From NCBI GenBank assembly GCA_965218435.1, contig CBDCKW010000009.1, forward strand, positions 3,424,001 through 3,488,000: a stretch of 64,000 nt of DNA. The letters are read 5' to 3'. A model generated the notes under the pieces. That model had not been told where the DNA came from. It did not search any database and worked only from the letters and a program-made list of their open reading frames with translations. Of the stretch, positions 1 through 9,923 are shown in pieces (the first letter of the stretch is position 1; each line of letters begins with the position of its first letter). The translations under genes and the position numbers were made by a program. The stretch is from Truepera sp. (GTDB taxonomy: Bacteria; Deinococcota; Deinococci; Deinococcales; Trueperaceae).

Positions 1-240
1 GTCAAGGTCATAATCGGTCTGTAAACCGAGCCAAAACTGAGGTGACATGCCGAAGTAACGCGCCAAGCGTAGCGCCGTATCAGCCGTTACGGAACGTTTT
101 TTAAGCACGATCTCGTTTATCCGACGCGCACTTATACCTAAGCCGTTAGCAAGCTGATTCTGGCTGAGGTTCATGGGTTTAAGGAACTCTTCTAAAAGCA
201 CTTCGCCGGGGTGAACCGGGGCAAGTTTGTCTACCATCAT
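1..240 (-). CDS. higA: HigA-family antitoxin (HTH), 3' end runs off window
   Basis: Manual translation MMVDKLAPVHPGEVLLEEFLKPMNLSQNQLANGLGISARRINEIVLKKRSVTADTALRLARYFGMSPQFWLGLQTDYDLD; HPGE.L and TADTALRL motifs; downstream of higB. Confidence 0.93.
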   Translation of the reverse strand, partial: MMVDKLAPVHPGEVLLEEFLKPMNLSQNQLANGLGISARRINEIVLKKRSVTADTALRLARYFGMSPQFWLGLQTDYDLD

Positions 241-253
241 GATCTCCTCTCAC

Positions 254-535
254 TTAGTGGTAATCAATGATCTCTACGTCAGCAGCGTCGCCGTCATCCC
301 AAACAAAGCAAATACGCCACTGCTTATTGATACGGATGCTGTGTTGCCCCGCACGGACGCCTTGAAGTTTTTCAAGACGGTTAGCAGGAGGTACCCGCAG
401 GTCAGTCAAAGTCTTAGCGTTGCTGAGCATTCGCAGTTTGCGTAAAGCGAGCTGCTGAATCTCGGAAGGGAGCTTACGAGAACGTTGCCGGTGATAAATC
501 TTCTCTGCTTCTTTACTCTTAAAAGATTTGATCAC
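254..535 (-). CDS. higB: HigB/RelE-family (plasmid maintenance killer) toxin
   Basis: IKSF start, PPANRLEKL.G.R.GQHSIRINKQWRICF.W, ends IIDYH; GTG start at 535 chosen over longer ORF. Confidence 0.92.
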   Translation of the reverse strand: MIKSFKSKEAEKIYHRQRSRKLPSEIQQLALRKLRMLSNAKTLTDLRVPPANRLEKLQGVRAGQHSIRINKQWRICFVWDDGDAADVEIIDYH

Positions 536-683
536 ACAAAAGATTATAACGTATAACGTTAAACGCCACATGTAACTTAAACGGGTAAGGAAAGTGTCTG
601 ACAACCCGAGTCCGGAAGCGACGAAACTTCAGATGGATGGGCAACGCTGATTGGTTGGGAGAATTTGAATTACAATAGGCTTA

Positions 684-1403
684 ATGATAGACAAGGCTCA
701 CATTCTTAATGAATTAAAGCGAGTTACAGATTCTGGCAATGGCGTTGTGCCGGGACAGCAAAAGTTTTTTAATGAAACTGGAATAAAGCAGTCAGACTGG
801 TATGGAAAGTTTTGGGCAAGATGGAGCGACGCAGTTAAAGAAGCTGGCTATAGCCCAAACCAGCTTCAGAAGTCTTACAGTCATATATTTTTGCTTGAAA
901 ATTTGCTCGCACTTACCCGTGAGTTGGGACAGTTCCCAACCAGAGGTGATTTGCGACTTAAAGCAAAAACTGATTCCAGTTTCCCCAGTCACAACACTTT
1001 TGGCAATCTAGGCAGCAAGAAAGAAATAATTCGTAAACTGATTGAGTTCTGCGAACAGCACGGCAACCTTGAAGACGTGGCAGAAATCTGCAAACCTTTA
1101 GTTTCTGTGGCGGAACCTAGACAGAGCGTTCAAGAAATTTCAGAAGACTTTGGTTACGTTTACCTGATGAAATCAGGCCGCTTCTACAAAATTGGCAAAA
1201 GTAGTTCAGTAGGGAGAAGGCATTACGAATTATCTATACAGCTTCCCGAAAAACTTTCTGTTGTACACAAGCTCATAACGGATGACCCTTCAGGAATCGA
1301 GTCCTATTGGCACAAGCGTTTTGAAAGTAAACGGAAGAACGGTGAGTGGTTTGAGCTTTCCCAACAGGATATCAAAGCATTTAAGCGCCGTAAATTCATG
1401 TAG
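684..1403 (+). CDS. GIY-YIG (T5orf172/Mug113-like) nuclease-domain protein with N-terminal helical repeats
   Basis: GYVYLMKSGRFYKIGKS...IESYWHKRF...GEWFEL; FWARWSDAVKEAG repeat-like N-terminus; AT-rich. Confidence 0.75.
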   Translation: MIDKAHILNELKRVTDSGNGVVPGQQKFFNETGIKQSDWYGKFWARWSDAVKEAGYSPNQLQKSYSHIFLLENLLALTRELGQFPTRGDLRLKAKTDSSFPSHNTFGNLGSKKEIIRKLIEFCEQHGNLEDVAEICKPLVSVAEPRQSVQEISEDFGYVYLMKSGRFYKIGKSSSVGRRHYELSIQLPEKLSVVHKLITDDPSGIESYWHKRFESKRKNGEWFELSQQDIKAFKRRKFM

Positions 1404-1445
1404 AAGGTTGGCTCTCAATCTATCCTGAAAGCAATTTGGTCTTGC

Positions 1446-2339
1446 TCATTCTCCGCGCCGCTGCATCACCAGAGACACCGCGACGAGCACTATCGAAACC
1501 AAAATCATCAACGCCGACACCGCGTTGATTTCCGGCGGCACGCGCTGCTTTAAGAGCCCGTAAACAAAGAGCGGCAGCGTCGTCGTCCCAACGCCCGCCG
1601 TAAAAAAGGTCACCACGAAGTCGTCTAAAGAAATCGTAAAGGCTAAGAGTGCGCCGCCTAAAATCCCCGGTACGAGCGCCGGAAAGGTGATGTGCCAGAA
1701 GGTTTGGAGGTGATTGGCACCGAGGTCTCGAGCGGCTTCCTCGAGCGTTCCGTCCATTGTTGCCAGCCGCGCCCGCACCACGACGGCGACGTAGGCGATG
1801 TTAAAGGCGATGTGTGCGATGATGATGGTGGCAAAGCCGCTCACCAGCCGTACCCCGAACAGGTTTTGCACGAGCGCAAAAAAGGTGTTGAAAAAGACTG
1901 CGAGCGCCACCCCTTGCGTGATGTCGGGAATGATTACCGGCAGGTAAAAAAGTGCGTCGAACACCCGTTTACCGGGAAAGTCGCCGCGCGCCACGGCGAG
2001 CGCAAACAGCGTCCCGATGATTGTAGACATTACCGTCGAGATAGCCCCGACAATGAGCGAATTACGGACGGCGTTTAAGAGCTGCGCCGACTGAAAGCTG
2101 AGCCCGTCCGCGCCGCCGCCCAATAAGTTTTGATACCACCGCAGGGTAAAGCCGCGCCACACCGAGATAGACTCGGCGTTGTTAAACGAGTAGACGACCA
2201 AAACCAGAATCGGCACCCAAAGAAAGATGTAGGTCAACATAGGAATCAACCACAATCCGAAACGTCCGACCCGGCGTACAGAGAGGTCTCTCGACAATTT
2301 GCCTTGATTGAGGTCGGTCGCTTTGGCCGCTTTGGTCAC
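1446..2339 (-). CDS. potC: Spermidine/putrescine ABC transporter permease (PotC-like)
   Basis: LEEAARDLGA EAA loop, FTISLDDFVVTFF, PEINAVS; GTG start inferred just after the potB stop. Confidence 0.88.
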   Translation of the reverse strand: MTKAAKATDLNQGKLSRDLSVRRVGRFGLWLIPMLTYIFLWVPILVLVVYSFNNAESISVWRGFTLRWYQNLLGGGADGLSFQSAQLLNAVRNSLIVGAISTVMSTIIGTLFALAVARGDFPGKRVFDALFYLPVIIPDITQGVALAVFFNTFFALVQNLFGVRLVSGFATIIIAHIAFNIAYVAVVVRARLATMDGTLEEAARDLGANHLQTFWHITFPALVPGILGGALLAFTISLDDFVVTFFTAGVGTTTLPLFVYGLLKQRVPPEINAVSALMILVSIVLVAVSLVMQRRGE

Positions 2340-2340
2340 C

Positions 2341-3192
2341 TTAGTCCCGCCGTTCGCCGTAGCGCGTATAGACCAAAAGACCAATCATCACGACGAGCAT
2401 CAAGACAACTGAGATGGCTGAACCGAGCGGGATGTTGCCGCGTCCGCGAAACTGGCCTTGAATGAGGTTGCCGATCATCAACCCGTGGGTGCCGCCCAAC
2501 AGGTCAGGCGTGACAAATGAGCCGATCGCCGGGATGAAGACGAGCACCGACCCCGCGACGATACCGGGCATCGTTAGAGGCACAATGATACGCCAGAACG
2601 CCTGAAAGTCGTTCGCGCCCAAGTCTCCGGCGGCCTCGACAAAGCGAAAATCGAGGCGTTCGGCGGCGGCGTAAATCGGCAAGACCATAAACGGCACAAA
2701 TCCGTAGACGAGCCCGAGCATCACCGCAAATTGGGTGTTGAGCATGGTCAGCGGTTCGGAAATGACGCCGAGGCTTAAAAAGAGCGCATTTAGCGGGCCT
2801 TCGCGCCCCAAAATGGTTTGCAGTGCGTAGGTGCGAACTAAAAAGTTTGTCCAAAAAGGTAAGAGAATCAAAAAGAGCAGAAACTGCCGAGTTCTTGGAT
2901 TTGGGCGTGTACTGATAAAAAACGCGACGGGAAACCCAAGGAGCAAGCAGAGCAGCGTCGTAAAAAGAGAAAAGTAGAGTGTCCGCCAGATAACCGGCCA
3001 AAAGACGTCAAAGGTGCGGGTGTAGTTTTCCAGCGTGACCGGGGCGACGGGTGCGCCTCCGGTGCCCCGGGTAAAAAAGCTCGAGACCAGCACGAACACC
3101 AGCGGGACCAGAAAAAAGATGATCAGCCAAAAAAGACCGGGGAGCGCGAGGAGAAAGCTCGAGCCGCGTCCGGTTTTTGTTCCTCTGGCCAC
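2341..3192 (-). CDS. potB: Spermidine/putrescine ABC transporter permease (PotB-like)
   Basis: LPFWTNFLVRTYA, PFMVLPIY, EAAGDLGA, TPDLLGG; GTG start after SD inferred. Confidence 0.88.
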   Translation of the reverse strand: MARGTKTGRGSSFLLALPGLFWLIIFFLVPLVFVLVSSFFTRGTGGAPVAPVTLENYTRTFDVFWPVIWRTLYFSLFTTLLCLLLGFPVAFFISTRPNPRTRQFLLFLILLPFWTNFLVRTYALQTILGREGPLNALFLSLGVISEPLTMLNTQFAVMLGLVYGFVPFMVLPIYAAAERLDFRFVEAAGDLGANDFQAFWRIIVPLTMPGIVAGSVLVFIPAIGSFVTPDLLGGTHGLMIGNLIQGQFRGRGNIPLGSAISVVLMLVVMIGLLVYTRYGERRD

Positions 3193-3269
3193 ACCTACTC
3201 CCAACACATCGAAGAGGTCCACGCCGAAGCGTTGCGCCAGCATACCGCAAGTGGTCTGTAAAGGGTGCG

Positions 3270-3902
3270 CTAAGGGGATTTTTGGAGGCGCTGCGCTCGT
3301 AGTGCGTCAATCAGTGGGCGCAGCGCGTCGGTTCTAAGTTTGAGTGCCGCGCGGTTGACCACAAACCGGGCCGAAGAGTGGAGGATGACCTCGAGCTCTT
3401 CTAAATCGTTCGCCCGTAAGGTGCTGCCGGTCTCGACAATATCTACTACGGCGTCGGCCAATCCTGCCAGACACGCCAGCTCGACGTTGCCTGCCAGCTT
3501 AATCACTTCCGCGCTGAGGCCACGCTGCCGCAGATAATCACGAGTCGTACGCGGATACTTTGAGGCAATCCGCCGCACCGGGCCACGCGCACCCACGGGC
3601 CGAATAAGTGACAAACGGCAGCGAGCAAAACCCAAATCTACGGGCTCGTAGACGCTGCGGCCCGACTCTAGGAGCACATCTTTGCCGACAATCCCTGCGT
3701 CCGCCACGCCCAAATCTACATAGGTCGGCACGTCGGTGTTGCGCATCTCGATGATGTGAGCGCCGCCCGCGTCGTACTGTAGAGCTCGAGTACCGGGTGG
3801 GTCTCTAAGCTCGAGCCCGGCTGCCCGGAGCAGCGCCAAACTCTGCTGCATCACGCGCCCTTTGGGGAGGGCCAAGGTAAGTGTGACGCCTGACTTAAGC
3901 AC
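3270..3902 (-). CDS. hisG: ATP phosphoribosyltransferase, short form
   Basis: [42 protein letters not shown]; about 210 aa; next to hisZ. Confidence 0.95.
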   Translation of the reverse strand: MLKSGVTLTLALPKGRVMQQSLALLRAAGLELRDPPGTRALQYDAGGAHIIEMRNTDVPTYVDLGVADAGIVGKDVLLESGRSVYEPVDLGFARCRLSLIRPVGARGPVRRIASKYPRTTRDYLRQRGLSAEVIKLAGNVELACLAGLADAVVDIVETGSTLRANDLEELEVILHSSARFVVNRAALKLRTDALRPLIDALRAQRLQKSP

Positions 3903-5055
3903 GTTCGAGTCCTAATAATTCGCTCAGCCCTTCAAATTCGGGGCGTTCAGAGGTGAGGGGCTCGAGGTGACCTTCCAGCAATAGATAGGGAATCCCCCTA
4001 GCCCGCGCGTGAGCTCGCAGCTCGTTTACATCATCGGTCAAGGCCCGCTCGACGCGGTAACCCGCCGTCCGTAAACGTCGCGCCAGGTCGTCATCTAAAC
4101 TTACAGCAATTGGCGGTGCGTCGCCGGTGACACCGGGCAGGGCCGATAAAAGGCGCTCCAAACCAATCGCAAACCCCGCCGCAAAGGGCAACAGCGCCCC
4201 GTCGTAACGGCCCCCGCCGAGGAGCGGTTGCCCGAAGTCAAAGGTGTACGCGCGAAAAGTGACGCCCGTGTAGTACGACAGCCGCCGCGCCATGCCGAGG
4301 TCTAAGAGGAGTTCGCTGCTATCTTCAAACTCGGTTAGGACGGCCTCTAAGTGGTCACAAGCCGCTGCCGTCTCCGGCCACGGCGCGAGCCGCCGCGCCT
4401 CGTCCAGGACGCGCACACCGCCGTAAAGGTCAGGAACACTGAGGAGCGCCTTTTCCAAGTCGGGGGCTAAGGCAAGCGGGTCCAAGAGTGCTCGTAACGT
4501 CGCCGGGTCTTTGCGGTCAACCGCGTCAGCAGCCATATTCTGCACGGCAACCGGCAGTTCAGCAAGCTTAAACAGCTGCCGGACAAAGCCTGGATTGCCC
4601 ACTTCGACGCGGGGCGCTAGGCCCACGGCCCGCACCGCTTCACGCGCCAGATGAATCAGTTCAGCGTCGGCGCGGACCCCGCTGACGCCGATAAGCTCGA
4701 GCCCGACCTGCGTAAACTCCCGCGTCCGGGCGATGTCCGGGACGACCGTGCGCCAGAGCCCGCCGCTATATTGCAACCGCAAAGGGCCTTGCTGCTCAGC
4801 TTGGTTAAACCGCACCAGTTTAGCTAAAGCGTAGGTATAGTCCGAACGCAGCGCCAGAAGCTCACCCTCCGGCCCCGTCAGTTTGAATGAACGTTCTGCA
4901 ACTGGATGACGGGGGTCAAAGCGTTCCAATACCGGTACCGCGACGTGTTCGTAGCCCCAGCTCGAGAACAGCGCCCGCAGCGTCCCGACGGCCCGGACCC
5001 GCGCCGCACTTTCAGACGCGTGCGCGTAGCGGGTACCTTCGGGGGGAGTGCTCAC
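3895..5055 (-). CDS. hisZ: ATP phosphoribosyltransferase regulatory subunit
   Basis: [41 protein letters not shown]; overlaps hisG. Confidence 0.92.
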   Translation of the reverse strand: MSTPPEGTRYAHASESAARVRAVGTLRALFSSWGYEHVAVPVLERFDPRHPVAERSFKLTGPEGELLALRSDYTYALAKLVRFNQAEQQGPLRLQYSGGLWRTVVPDIARTREFTQVGLELIGVSGVRADAELIHLAREAVRAVGLAPRVEVGNPGFVRQLFKLAELPVAVQNMAADAVDRKDPATLRALLDPLALAPDLEKALLSVPDLYGGVRVLDEARRLAPWPETAAACDHLEAVLTEFEDSSELLLDLGMARRLSYYTGVTFRAYTFDFGQPLLGGGRYDGALLPFAAGFAIGLERLLSALPGVTGDAPPIAVSLDDDLARRLRTAGYRVERALTDDVNELRAHARARGIPYLLLEGHLEPLTSERPEFEGLSELLGLERA

Positions 5056-5274
5056 GTTTTTAAGCGTACCGCGCCCTTTGCAGGTAAGGCTAGCATTTTT
5101 GGAGTTTGGCGCTTACTATAACGGCCTTCCACTTATTGCTCGAGGACGGCATTAATCTAGTGCGAGTGTTCGACGGACGACAAAACATTAGACGCGAATT
5201 TGGAGAATACCGAAACTTCTTCGCTATTCGAGCACAGCAGACTAAAGATTGCAAAGCAGTAAACTCTAATAATA

Positions 5275-5775
5275 ATGGACTACATTTTCATTCATGGTGC
5301 TCCTGGAAGCGGTAAGTCATCTCTAGCTTGGGCACTGCAAGCAAAACTGGAAAGTCCCTGCTTTGAGTTTGGTTGGATTCCAGAATTCCGGATTAAACGA
5401 AACAGTACGATCAGCTATGAAGAGGAAGAAAATCTTGCCTTTGAAAATCTTACATTAGTCATTAAAAACTATGTCCAGCACGGCTTTAGTAATATCTTAG
5501 TGACTGATCTACGAGACCATATTGTCAAACAGCTACCGACGCACTTCAGCTATCATCAATACGTCCTGGTCACACTATATTCAGATGATGAGCAGGCATT
5601 AAAAGCTAGAGTGTTGGATGAATCGCGCTCTAGCAGTTACAGAGATTGGCAAGAGGCGGTGGCGCTAAACACTGAGATTACCAACCGTCCACTCATGAAG
5701 CACGAAGTCAGGCTCGCTAGCGATCAGACCATTGAGGAACTGACTGCAAAAGTGATAGCACTTGTCAGCAACTAG
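5275..5775 (+). CDS. P-loop (AAA_33/nucleotide kinase-like) protein
   Basis: Walker A GAPGSGKS at N-terminus; AT-richer than flanks. Confidence 0.7.
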   Translation: MDYIFIHGAPGSGKSSLAWALQAKLESPCFEFGWIPEFRIKRNSTISYEEEENLAFENLTLVIKNYVQHGFSNILVTDLRDHIVKQLPTHFSYHQYVLVTLYSDDEQALKARVLDESRSSSYRDWQEAVALNTEITNRPLMKHEVRLASDQTIEELTAKVIALVSN

Positions 5776-5968
5776 CTGGAACCCCTTTCCTGGGAAGTTC
5801 CGAAATCTGGCGCGTCAGAGGCTTAAGATATCTACTCGAGCCCCTCTGCAAGTAGCAAACGCCTTTCGGCAAAACTCCTTCAACTGGGAACAATTATATT
5901 CTCAAGCGTAACGCACACCCTCCATAGCGGCTAGCACCAGGCCACCCATAACCCTTACATTAGAAGAC

Positions 5969-6913
5969 GTGAGCGTCCTACGACCTTTTGCAGAGACCGA
6001 CTACCCCGCTTTTACCGCGCTCTATAACCGCTGCCGTCCCGAAGCGCCGGAGAGTGAAACGTCAATAAGGGCGTTTGACAACGCCTATGCTGACGACGAA
6101 CTGCTCAATCTTGTTGCTTTAGAAGGTGACAAACTCGTCGGCGCGGTCTGGGCGCACCGTGATCAGGCGGGCGAGAGGCAGGTGCGGCTCGACATGCTCG
6201 CTGAGCCCATCATGCCCCTTGCCGAAACGCTCTACCGGGTGGCGCTGGAAAAGCTCGAGCCTTACCATCCCTCAGCCCTGATTGTGCGAGTACGCGAAAA
6301 CTGGACGGACTGGCTGGACTTTTATGACGGCAAAGGTTTTGTTGAACTCGAGCGGATGTGGGAGTCTCGGCTCGAGCTCGCTACCTTCAGCCCCGAAAGA
6401 TTTAAGGAAGCTGCAGCACGTATAGCCGACTCGGGCATCACCCTCGGTACCCTTGCCGACTTGCCCGATACGACCGCAACGCAGCGGCGCTTGTACGGAA
6501 CAATCATCCAACTTCTCAGCGACGTGCCTTTCTATGAACCTCTCAATATCTGGCCTTTTGAGCTATGGCAAAAACGGTTTTGGAGGAATCCGGCACGCCG
6601 CCCTGAAAGCTTCTTTTTGGCGTTTGACGGCAACGATACCGTCGGGGTAAGTGAGTTGCGAACTGCTTCTCGCCCCGGTTGGCTCAGCACCGGCCTTACC
6701 GGAGTTAAACGCACACATCGTCGGCAAGGCGTCGCGCTAGCCCTCAAGGTTCGGGCCGCGCAGTACGCGCAAGCTGCCGGATTCGAGATCATTTCAACGC
6801 AAAACCACACGACGAACCGCGCCATGCTCTCTATTAACGAAGCATTAGGCTTCGTCAAAGAACCCGCGTGGATACGTCTTAAGAAAACTTTTGAGATAGC
6901 GAAAGCAGATTAG
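5969..6913 (+). CDS. Tandem GNAT acetyltransferase
   Basis: LTGVKRTHRRQGVALALK, N...NRAMLSINEALGF. Confidence 0.85.
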   Translation: MSVLRPFAETDYPAFTALYNRCRPEAPESETSIRAFDNAYADDELLNLVALEGDKLVGAVWAHRDQAGERQVRLDMLAEPIMPLAETLYRVALEKLEPYHPSALIVRVRENWTDWLDFYDGKGFVELERMWESRLELATFSPERFKEAAARIADSGITLGTLADLPDTTATQRRLYGTIIQLLSDVPFYEPLNIWPFELWQKRFWRNPARRPESFFLAFDGNDTVGVSELRTASRPGWLSTGLTGVKRTHRRQGVALALKVRAAQYAQAAGFEIISTQNHTTNRAMLSINEALGFVKEPAWIRLKKTFEIAKAD

Positions 6914-6916
6914 CCT

Positions 6917-7264
6917 CTAACCGAGCGGCGCAGGCCCGTCCCACCCGGCCAAGATATGCACGTGCGTATGAAACACCTCTTGCCCCGCCCCCGGCCCGAC
7001 ATTCACGACCAGCCGGTAGTCCCCTAACCCGTTTGCCCTCGCTGTTTTGACTGCCGCCTCAAAAAGTGCGCCTACGTCATCAGCGCCTTGTGCGTCTAAC
7101 ATCTCGTCCAGGCGCGGGCTGGGTGTTTTAGGAATGACCAACAGGTGAACGGGCGCTTTGGGCGCGACGTCCTTGATGGCGATAAAGTCGTCATCTTCGT
7201 AGACGCGTTCGGCTGGGATGTCGCCGTCAATGATCTTCTCAAAGATACCCTTTTCTTCACGCAT
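6917..7264 (-). CDS. HIT-family nucleotide hydrolase (HinT-like)
   Basis: IFEKII.G.IPA..VYED, GQEVFHTHVHIL histidine triad. Confidence 0.92.
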   Translation of the reverse strand: MREEKGIFEKIIDGDIPAERVYEDDDFIAIKDVAPKAPVHLLVIPKTPSPRLDEMLDAQGADDVGALFEAAVKTARANGLGDYRLVVNVGPGAGQEVFHTHVHILAGWDGPAPLG

Positions 7265-7304
7265 AAAAACCTCGTCTCGGCTTTATTCTACAAATTATGA
7301 CAAC

Positions 7305-7940
7305 TCAAAAAGAAACGTTAGCCCAGGCTTTGTAGGTGTCAGAAGAAAAGACGAGCGTGCCGCTGGTGGCACTTTGAGAGACCTCGAGTGCAATCAAGCA
7401 GGTCAGTGACCCATTTCTAAGCACCGTTTGTTGGTCACACCCTCGGTATTCGGGAACAAAAGTATTATCGTAGGTTGCGCCGTCACTTTCAAACTTGAAG
7501 TCATACACGTCAACCCCGACGCCCCTAGCCCAACGGCTTGCCAGCGTAACCTCAAAAAGCCGAGACGTGACGCCGTTTTGTGCTGCGGCTTTGTCACCCC
7601 TCGAGATAGCCCAACTCTGCTTGACCTCGAGCTGAGCGTGCGGAAGCACCTGATTTAAGACTGGAGCCACGTGGCGATTGTCTTGACCAAAACCGATCAG
7701 GAGCCCAAGAGCTATGGAGATATAAGCCGGAATAGCCAGCTTACGATTAAAGCTCGAGCGGTCTGCAGAAGCTGCGGCGAGTAAAAAGACGTAACCGGTC
7801 ATCAAAAGCAAGTAGGTGATGCCCTGCACATCGTCTTGCGAGCGAAACGCCCCAAACGCGCTCAAAGCTAAAATGATAGGCGTCGCGTAACGCCAAGCGG
7901 TCGCTAAAAACCAGCGGAGCGGCCTCGCTACGTAAACCAT
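7305..7940 (-). CDS. Membrane protein with C-terminal DUF4352-like Ig fold
   Basis: Three hydrophobic N-terminal segments; beta-rich C-terminus; TATAGT -10 element 7 nt upstream of ATG. Confidence 0.5.
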   Translation of the reverse strand: MVYVARPLRWFLATAWRYATPIILALSAFGAFRSQDDVQGITYLLLMTGYVFLLAAASADRSSFNRKLAIPAYISIALGLLIGFGQDNRHVAPVLNQVLPHAQLEVKQSWAISRGDKAAAQNGVTSRLFEVTLASRWARGVGVDVYDFKFESDGATYDNTFVPEYRGCDQQTVLRNGSLTCLIALEVSQSATSGTLVFSSDTYKAWANVSF

Positions 7941-7960
7941 TCTTAAGACTATACCCTTAG

Positions 7961-9052
7961 TTAGCCTTGGCTGCCGTTCAGCACGAGGTTATCGCGGTGA
8001 ATCACCTCATCGTAATCTTTGCTTCCGAGCAACTCGGCAATCTCACGGGTGTGTTTGCCCTGAATTTTAGCGAGGGCGTCGCTCGAGTAATTGCTCAATC
8101 CCCGCGCGACCCGCTCCCCGGCGTGCGTCACGGCTACGGCGTCACCAAAAGAAAAGCTGCCGGTGACGCCGATGATGCCTTTGGGAAGGAGGCTCCGGCC
8201 GGTCTGCAACGCCCGAAACGCGCCCGCATCAACCTCGAGACTCCCCTTCGTCCGCTGCTGCGCCAGCCAGCTTTTACGTGAGGGCGTGTGCGCTCTGGCT
8301 AAAAAGCGGGTCCCACGGACTTCGCCGCGGGCGAGGGCCTCGAGCCCTGCCCCGCCACCCCCGATAATGAGCGTTTCCGTCCCGGCGGCCGTAGCGAGCG
8401 CAGCGGCGCGAAGTTTGGTGACCATGCCGCCTGTCCCGCGCGATGTTCCGGCGTTACCGGCGAGGTGCTGCACGTTTGCTACGTCCTCGACCAACGCAAG
8501 CCGTTTTGCCGCCGGGTTATGGCGTGGGTCGCTGTCATAAAGCCCGTCTACATCGGTCAGGATGACGAGCGCGTCCGCGCCGACGAGGTGCGACGCCCAC
8601 GCGGAGAGGCTGTCGTTGTCGCCAAAGCGGATTTCGCTCGTGGCGACCGAGTCGTTTTCGTTGATAATCGGGAGTGCGCCCAATTTGAGAGACGCCTCGA
8701 GCGCGTTTTTTGCGTTCACGTAGCGTTCGCGGTCTTGGATGTCGGCGGCGGTGAGTAAAAGTTGCGCGACCGGTGTGGGCGCGACAGCGCGCGCCCACTC
8801 GAGCATTAGGAGCGTTTGACCTACGGCGGCAGCAGCTTGCTTTTCGGGCAGCGTCAGCGGCAGCGACACCCCGAGCTGTTCCCGCCCCGCTGCGCCTGCA
8901 CCCGATGAGACCAATACGACTTTACATTTCAGTTCGGTTTGTAAGACGCCGAGGCCGCGTGCGAGTGCCCACAAGAGCGGCGGATAGATACGCCCGCCCG
9001 CGTCGGTTAAGCTGCTCGTCCCGACCTTGACGACGACGCGTTGCCATTTCAT
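7961..9052 (-). CDS. proB: Glutamate 5-kinase with PUA domain
   Basis: VVVKVGTSSLT, KQAAAAVGQ, INENDSV, FGDNDSL, GTGGMVTKL, IHRDNLV. Confidence 0.97.
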   Translation of the reverse strand: MKWQRVVVKVGTSSLTDAGGRIYPPLLWALARGLGVLQTELKCKVVLVSSGAGAAGREQLGVSLPLTLPEKQAAAAVGQTLLMLEWARAVAPTPVAQLLLTAADIQDRERYVNAKNALEASLKLGALPIINENDSVATSEIRFGDNDSLSAWASHLVGADALVILTDVDGLYDSDPRHNPAAKRLALVEDVANVQHLAGNAGTSRGTGGMVTKLRAAALATAAGTETLIIGGGGAGLEALARGEVRGTRFLARAHTPSRKSWLAQQRTKGSLEVDAGAFRALQTGRSLLPKGIIGVTGSFSFGDAVAVTHAGERVARGLSNYSSDALAKIQGKHTREIAELLGSKDYDEVIHRDNLVLNGSQG

Positions 9053-9573
9053 CTAGCTACCTTTTTCTCGTAAAGAGCAGCGTCAAACTGCCCAACCCTG
9101 CGCTCGCCAACGTAGATAAACCCGTGTTGTTCGTAAAATGCCCGTACTTTGGGGCGCTCTGCGGCAGTATCGAGCCGCACGTAGCGTTTGCCCTGTTCAA
9201 GGGCTCTGTCTAACGCAAACGCCAACATCTGCGCCGCCATACCCTTGCCCTGTACTTTAGGAATAACCGCTAGTTTATGAACGAAGAGAGACTCATCCAT
9301 TGGCGTGTCCGGCCAGAACATCGGGTCTTCAGCGACTAAAACCATACACGCGACAGCTTCGCCCTCCCAACATCCCACGACCATCTCGGCATCCGGGTAA
9401 GCCTCCAGGAGTGCGTCGGGCGTGAGTTCGCTCTGTAACCACAAAGGTTGGCCCCGCGCCTCGAGCGCCCTCGCTGCTATTTGCAGCACTTCAGAGAGCT
9501 GAGAACGTTCGGCTTCGGTAACGACTTTAATCTCAAACGAATGGCTGACAAGTTGCGAGGTCTCATCACGCAT
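9049..9573 (-). CDS. GNAT acetyltransferase
   Basis: VHKLAV.P..QGKG, VRLDT....PKVRAFYEQHGF; start inferred. Confidence 0.82.
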   Translation of the reverse strand: MRDETSQLVSHSFEIKVVTEAERSQLSEVLQIAARALEARGQPLWLQSELTPDALLEAYPDAEMVVGCWEGEAVACMVLVAEDPMFWPDTPMDESLFVHKLAVIPKVQGKGMAAQMLAFALDRALEQGKRYVRLDTAAERPKVRAFYEQHGFIYVGERRVGQFDAALYEKKVAR

Positions 9574-9823
9574 CGGCGTAGTGCAAAAACGCTTCAGGGA
9601 TGACACTTTTATCTACATAAAGCACATCACCCTCATGCTTGGCGCGGCCCTCACGCTCGAGCGCCTTCAAACTCGCCTGCACCTTGCCCTGCACCTGCCG
9701 TAAAAACGCTGTGCTCCAGTCGGCTTCACCGGGGCGCACGGTCTCCAAAAACGCCCGCTGAAAGCTGGGTAACTCGTCTAGCGGGATACGGGTCTCGAGC
9801 TTTTGCCAATCAATCCAGTCCAT
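9566..9823 (-). CDS. Hypothetical protein
   Basis: 85-aa ORF overlapping the downstream GNAT gene in the same orientation. Confidence 0.6.
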   Translation of the reverse strand: MDWIDWQKLETRIPLDELPSFQRAFLETVRPGEADWSTAFLRQVQGKVQASLKALEREGRAKHEGDVLYVDKSVIPEAFLHYADA

Positions 9824-9923
9824 AAGATTATGTTACTCGGACGAGAGAGGTTTGGCTCGGGCTAAAACCTGCGAGATGCTAAACTGACCTTCTGGGCACC
9901 CGCTCAGCTGGAGAGGTGTTGTT

